A stretch of 20,644 nucleotides of DNA from an uncultured archaeon. Its GTDB lineage: Archaea; Iainarchaeota; Iainarchaeia; Iainarchaeales; 0-14-0-20-30-16. The notes beneath the pieces were generated by a model. That model had not been told where the DNA came from. It searched no databases and was given only the letters and a program-made list of their open reading frames with translations. Made by a program: the position numbers and the translations under genes. The DNA lies in NCBI GenBank assembly GCA_964565725.1, contig CAZMGA010000012.1, forward strand, positions 1 to 20,644, written 5' to 3'. Each line of letters opens with the position of its first letter. Position 1 is the stretch's first letter. Shown here in pieces: positions 17,051-20,644 of this stretch.

Positions 17051-18070
17051 ATGTTTGAAAATATATTAAAGCAAGTTGATAATTATTCTAATTTGCTATC
17101 TCAATATAAGAACGAAGCTTTAATTTTAAGAGAAAAATTATCAAAAGGAAATAATAATTTTATTGAAAGTAAAGTGATTCATAATTTGGAATTTAAAACA
17201 AAAGGTAAAGTTTTAGGTGTTGATTCTGGTTTTTTTGACTCAGCAATAACAGGCTTAGATTTTTGTTATATTAAAAGTGCAGGTAGTTATTTTGATTATG
17301 ATATTAATTTAAAAAATTATTCTAAATTATCAACTATCCCTAATTATGATTTTTTTATTTCTGAAAACATTTTGCAGAAAGAAGAAGTTCAAAAATTTAC
17401 ATCAATTAATAGATTGAGAAAAGAATTAAATTTATTATATGAGGGTATAAAAAGTAAGAATCCTGAATATGCCTTAATTGATGGTAATGTCTTGCCACAA
17501 CCAATAGATAGACCTAATAATAATAGTATTTTATATTTAGAATATGAAAATCTTTTACAAGATTTTGTTAATTTATATGATTTGACTAAATCACAAGATG
17601 TTGTTTTAATTGGCACTGTAGAAGATTCTAGAGCAAATTCCTTTTTAAAATTAGTTTATAAAGAAACAAAAGATATAAATGATATTTTATTTTTAAATTT
17701 TTTATTAAATGATTTTGAAGCAACGTCTTTTTTTCCAATTTTTAATGTTGAAAGTAATATTATTTATAACGATTTGCAAAATTATAGTAATTATAGTTTT
17801 TTGGCATCTTATTTTAAATTGCCAGAAGATTATCCTTTAAGAATTGAATTATTAAATAATAATTATTCTGAAAGTAAATTAAAAGAAATAAAAGGTTTTA
17901 TATCTTATATTTCTAGCTTTACTAAAGGGTATACTTATCCATCAGTTTTAATTGATGCAGATAAACAAGCAAAATTAAATCAAAAAGAAGTTAATATAAT
18001 AAAAAATTTGGTAGATTCTGCAATTACTTCTAAAGGTTTGAAATATAAAAGACGAGAAAGAAGAATATAA
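17051..18070 (+). CDS. NurA-like nuclease-domain protein (RNase-H-like fold), tentative
   Basis: An ordered motif series resembles NurA: VLGVDSGF, then ALIDGNVL, then LIGTVEDSRANSF, then YTYPSVLIDADKQAKL. The length (339 aa) is similar to crenarchaeal NurA. The call rests on recall only. Confidence 0.45.
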   Translation: MFENILKQVDNYSNLLSQYKNEALILREKLSKGNNNFIESKVIHNLEFKTKGKVLGVDSGFFDSAITGLDFCYIKSAGSYFDYDINLKNYSKLSTIPNYDFFISENILQKEEVQKFTSINRLRKELNLLYEGIKSKNPEYALIDGNVLPQPIDRPNNNSILYLEYENLLQDFVNLYDLTKSQDVVLIGTVEDSRANSFLKLVYKETKDINDILFLNFLLNDFEATSFFPIFNVESNIIYNDLQNYSNYSFLASYFKLPEDYPLRIELLNNNYSESKLKEIKGFISYISSFTKGYTYPSVLIDADKQAKLNQKEVNIIKNLVDSAITSKGLKYKRRERRI

Positions 18071-18076
18071 TTATTT

Positions 18077-19075
18077 TTAATTTGTTATATTTCTAAAATA
18101 GGCATAATATTTATTCATAAATTCAGAAATTGATATTATATTTGGAGTTTCCTTTGCAATTTGTTTTCCTATAGTTATGCCCCACATATATTTTTCAGGG
18201 CTTGTTGTTAATAATTTGTCAGGTATATTATTTTTATACAATACATATGTAGTTAATGCATTCACTAATGTTTCATCATGTGTATTTAAATTATGTTGTT
18301 CTAAGATATTGTGAATATATTCATGAATTACTACATGTGTTAAATATTTTCCCTCAAAAATATAACTTCGCTTGTTCATATAAATACCATAAGTCCTAGT
18401 ATTATCAATATTTTCAAAAAAATTAGTGATTCCTTTGCCTTTATTGTTAGATATTTCGAATAATTTAACAAAATAACCTACTGCGCTTAAACCATCACTT
18501 ATACAGTTAGTATATATATTTTTAAATAATAATTCAAAAGCATCACCAAAATATTTAAAAGTTAAATTTCTATTATAATTTTTATTATTTAAACCCATTT
18601 TTAATAAAATATTATCTGCCAAATCTAAAACAGGTGTTATTTCTGATTTACTTATATTAAATCTTTTATTTAATTCTTGTAATTCTTCTCGAGTTAGATT
18701 AGATCTAATTTTATTAATGCTTAATCTAATTTCTTTTAAGAACTGATAATTTATTATTTTATTGATTTTTTTTATGCCTTCAGTAAAATTAGTATTATCT
18801 TTTTCTAGTTTTTCATATATATCACGTTCTAAATGAAATATTATATCTTGAACTTCACCTGTGCTAATTGATTTATTTTTAAGTTTTTTAATTAAATTAG
18901 GAACTACTTTTTTAACATAATTTGTAATATATATTCGTCTTACAACTTCATTTTTAATTTTTCTAGTAAAAAATCTTTTTGATTCTTTAATTCTTTTAGC
19001 ATGCTCTTCTTTATGTTTCTTAATATATTCTGGAGTAAAATGTTCTCTTGCTTTGGCCATATTTAATATAGACAT
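18077..19075 (-). CDS. Putative zinc metallopeptidase-like protein with HExxHxxxxxH motif
   Basis: THVVIHEYIHNILEQHNLNTHDE is encoded at about 18293-18325 on the minus strand. The N-terminal half is basic and helical, with no signal peptide or TM. Family not recognised. Confidence 0.35.
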   Translation of the reverse strand: MSILNMAKAREHFTPEYIKKHKEEHAKRIKESKRFFTRKIKNEVVRRIYITNYVKKVVPNLIKKLKNKSISTGEVQDIIFHLERDIYEKLEKDNTNFTEGIKKINKIINYQFLKEIRLSINKIRSNLTREELQELNKRFNISKSEITPVLDLADNILLKMGLNNKNYNRNLTFKYFGDAFELLFKNIYTNCISDGLSAVGYFVKLFEISNNKGKGITNFFENIDNTRTYGIYMNKRSYIFEGKYLTHVVIHEYIHNILEQHNLNTHDETLVNALTTYVLYKNNIPDKLLTTSPEKYMWGITIGKQIAKETPNIISISEFMNKYYAYFRNITN

Positions 19076-19159
19076 TATCTATTTAAATAATTATTTAATA
19101 AACATATTATTTTATATATCTGTTTAATATATTTTATTATTAATTTTGAGGGGGATATT

Positions 19160-19555
19160 ATGGCAATTAATAAATCAAAAAAATCAAAAGTTAAAAAACC
19201 AGCTAAAAAGGCAAATGATATAAAAACACAAAAATCTAAAACAATAAAACCAAAAGCACCAATTAAGTCTAAAAAACCTATTGTAAATAAAATGAAAAAA
19301 GAAGCGAAGCCTAAAAAAATAGCTAATCAAAAAAAAGTTAAAATAGATAAAAAATATGTAGAAGAAAAATTAACTTTAGTTTTGCAAGAATATGATAAAT
19401 CTAAAAAAGGAAAAATAATTTTAAATGATATTTTTATTAAAGATTTAAAAAAATATTTAGATAAATACTTTTCTAATTATACTTTAAAATTAATGGAAGA
19501 CTATTGTTTATTTACTATTGAAGATTTTGAAATAGAAATAGAATTAGAAAACTAA
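19160..19555 (+). CDS. Hypothetical protein with extremely Lys-rich N-terminal tail and small acidic/hydrophobic C-terminal domain
   Basis: SD GAGGGGGAT precedes the ATG at 19160. By my count, 27 of the first 65 residues are Lys (KSKKSKVKKPAKK...KPKAPIKSKKP...AKPKK). The C-terminal 65 aa look globular (LTLVLQEYDK...CLFTIEDFEIEIELEN). Confidence 0.6.
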   Translation: MAINKSKKSKVKKPAKKANDIKTQKSKTIKPKAPIKSKKPIVNKMKKEAKPKKIANQKKVKIDKKYVEEKLTLVLQEYDKSKKGKIILNDIFIKDLKKYLDKYFSNYTLKLMEDYCLFTIEDFEIEIELEN

Positions 19556-19564
19556 TTCTATTTT

Positions 19565-19816
19565 TTATTTTCTTTTTTTACAATTACATTTTACCATTAA
19601 AAATACTATTAAAGCACCAATTGCACTTAATGCGTTAGCTATTGCTAATGGCAAATTAGTCTTATAACCATCTATTATTAATAATAAAATTCCTAAAAAT
19701 TGTAACCCTGCAAACATTTTACTAATATTATTATTTTTCTTTATTATTTTTATTATTTGAATAATCCAACTTATTATTATTAAACTTAAACCAATTATTG
19801 AAATATATGCTAACAT
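19565..19816 (-). CDS. SemiSWEET-like (PQ-loop family) 3-TM membrane protein
   Basis: The protein is 83 aa with three TM helices. ISWIIQIIKIIKKNNNISKMF...FLGILLLIIDGYKTNLPLAIANA aligns by eye with bacterial SemiSWEET FIPQVLRVVMTKQTRDISRNMY...FLGVVLWFVYGILRSDLPIILANV. A GGAG SD is present. Confidence 0.55.
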   Translation of the reverse strand: MLAYISIIGLSLIIISWIIQIIKIIKKNNNISKMFAGLQFLGILLLIIDGYKTNLPLAIANALSAIGALIVFLMVKCNCKKRK

Positions 19817-19873
19817 ATCAATCTCCTATGCTCAAAGCATAGATTATTTAAAACCTATAAGTATAAATATATT

Positions 19874-20644
19874 ATGTATTTTACTAAAACTAAACCTTTA
19901 AAAGGAACAATAAAACATAGATATTCTGATTTTATAGTTAAAGAGATAGATTTAAATTCTAAAGTTTGTAGAACTGTTTCTGAAGATTTTAATGAAGAAA
20001 TAATTATCCCTGAGAATCCTCAAAATAAAAGTTATCTTCATTGCACAATGCAAAAAATTAACGTAGATGTACAAAATGCAATTAAAAGTCTATCTTTGTT
20101 TCTACAATGTGGAAAATCACGAATAAGTTTTGCGGGATTAAAAGATAAAAGAGGCATAACTAGTCAAAGAATATCTATTTTTGAGCCAAATATTGAAAAA
20201 TTAAAAACCTTTAAATATAAACAAATAAAATTATTTGATTTTTCTTGGGAAGATAATAAAATTGATTTAGGAAATTTAAATGGTAATGAATTTGTAATTA
20301 TAGTTAGAGATATTGATTTATCTAAAGAAGAAATTATGAAGTTATTTGATGATTTTAAATTACAAGTTAAAAAAGGCATACCAAATTATTTTGGAGAACA
20401 AAGATTTGGAGGTATAAGACAGATAACTCATAAAGTGGGGAAATTATTATTTGAAGGTAAAACTAAAGATGCTCTATTATTATATTTGGGGCAAACAAAT
20501 GATAAAGAAAGTGAAGAAATTAAAAGTGCAAGAGAATTAACAAAAGAAGGAAAATATGTTGAAGCTTTTAAAAAATTTAAAGGTAATGAATTTAGATATG
20601 AAAGAGCAATATTAAATTCTTTAATAAAAGAGCCAAATGATTTT
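19874..20644 (+). CDS. truD: tRNA pseudouridine synthase TruD/Pus7 family, N-terminal 257 codons (continues past window end)
   Basis: Absent from the track because it is open-ended. I translated it by hand and found no stops. It has YSDFIVKEI, the catalytic-Asp motif FAGLKDKRGITSQ (Asp codon 20144-20146) and NYFGEQRFG. Confidence 0.85.
   Translation, partial: MYFTKTKPLKGTIKHRYSDFIVKEIDLNSKVCRTVSEDFNEEIIIPENPQNKSYLHCTMQKINVDVQNAIKSLSLFLQCGKSRISFAGLKDKRGITSQRISIFEPNIEKLKTFKYKQIKLFDFSWEDNKIDLGNLNGNEFVIIVRDIDLSKEEIMKLFDDFKLQVKKGIPNYFGEQRFGGIRQITHKVGKLLFEGKTKDALLLYLGQTNDKESEEIKSARELTKEGKYVEAFKKFKGNEFRYERAILNSLIKEPNDF

Noticed and set aside
16508-19075. Nudix + NurA-like + HExxH genes as a phage-defence island
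   Set aside because: The first two genes are tightly appended to the essential pheST operon. There are no hallmark defence ATPases, methylases, toxin-antitoxin pairs or mobile-element scars, and the HExxH gene is convergent rather than co-oriented. The evidence is too weak to propose a system.

Overview
Very AT-rich (about three-quarters A+T by eye), gene-dense chromosomal segment that looks archaeal. It resembles a small-genome DPANN-type lineage, but that taxonomic placement is inference only. Archaeal markers read from the translations are Alba, a PAC2/Pba-type proteasome-chaperone homolog, archaeal/eukaryal-type PheRS alpha and beta, TruD/Pus7, and a FlaI/PilB-type ATPase with platform proteins. 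Many genes have GGAGG/GGTGAT Shine-Dalgarno-like sites. I support 20 CDSs, three of them absent from the supplied ORF track: 1-810(-), the 55-aa ORF 8311-8478(-), and truD 19874-20644(+). Housekeeping genes are cysS, pheS, pheT, truD, albA, a Nudix/IDI-like gene and a PAC2 homolog. Two loci stand out. (1) A three-gene envelope cassette at 851-6411 is built around a 1433-aa signal-peptide-bearing, Cys- and Asn-X-Ser/Thr-rich protein with a C-terminal anchor. I cannot assign any domain in it, and it is flanked by two polytopic membrane proteins and overlaps the downstream one. (2) A minimal type-IV-filament core at 10016-13167 has an ATPase plus a split, TadB/TadC-like platform, with no pilin or prepilin peptidase in the window. 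Further items worth checking are an orphan NurA-like nuclease following a Nudix gene, an HExxHxxxxxH protein, a 42%-Lys-tailed protein, a SemiSWEET-like 3-TM protein, an unannotated 55-aa ORF with a strong SD and a palindromic terminator, and a 25-codon ORF bridging pheS and pheT. I saw no rRNA, tRNA, CRISPR array, transposase or integrase. All family calls come from motif recognition by eye; no searches were run.
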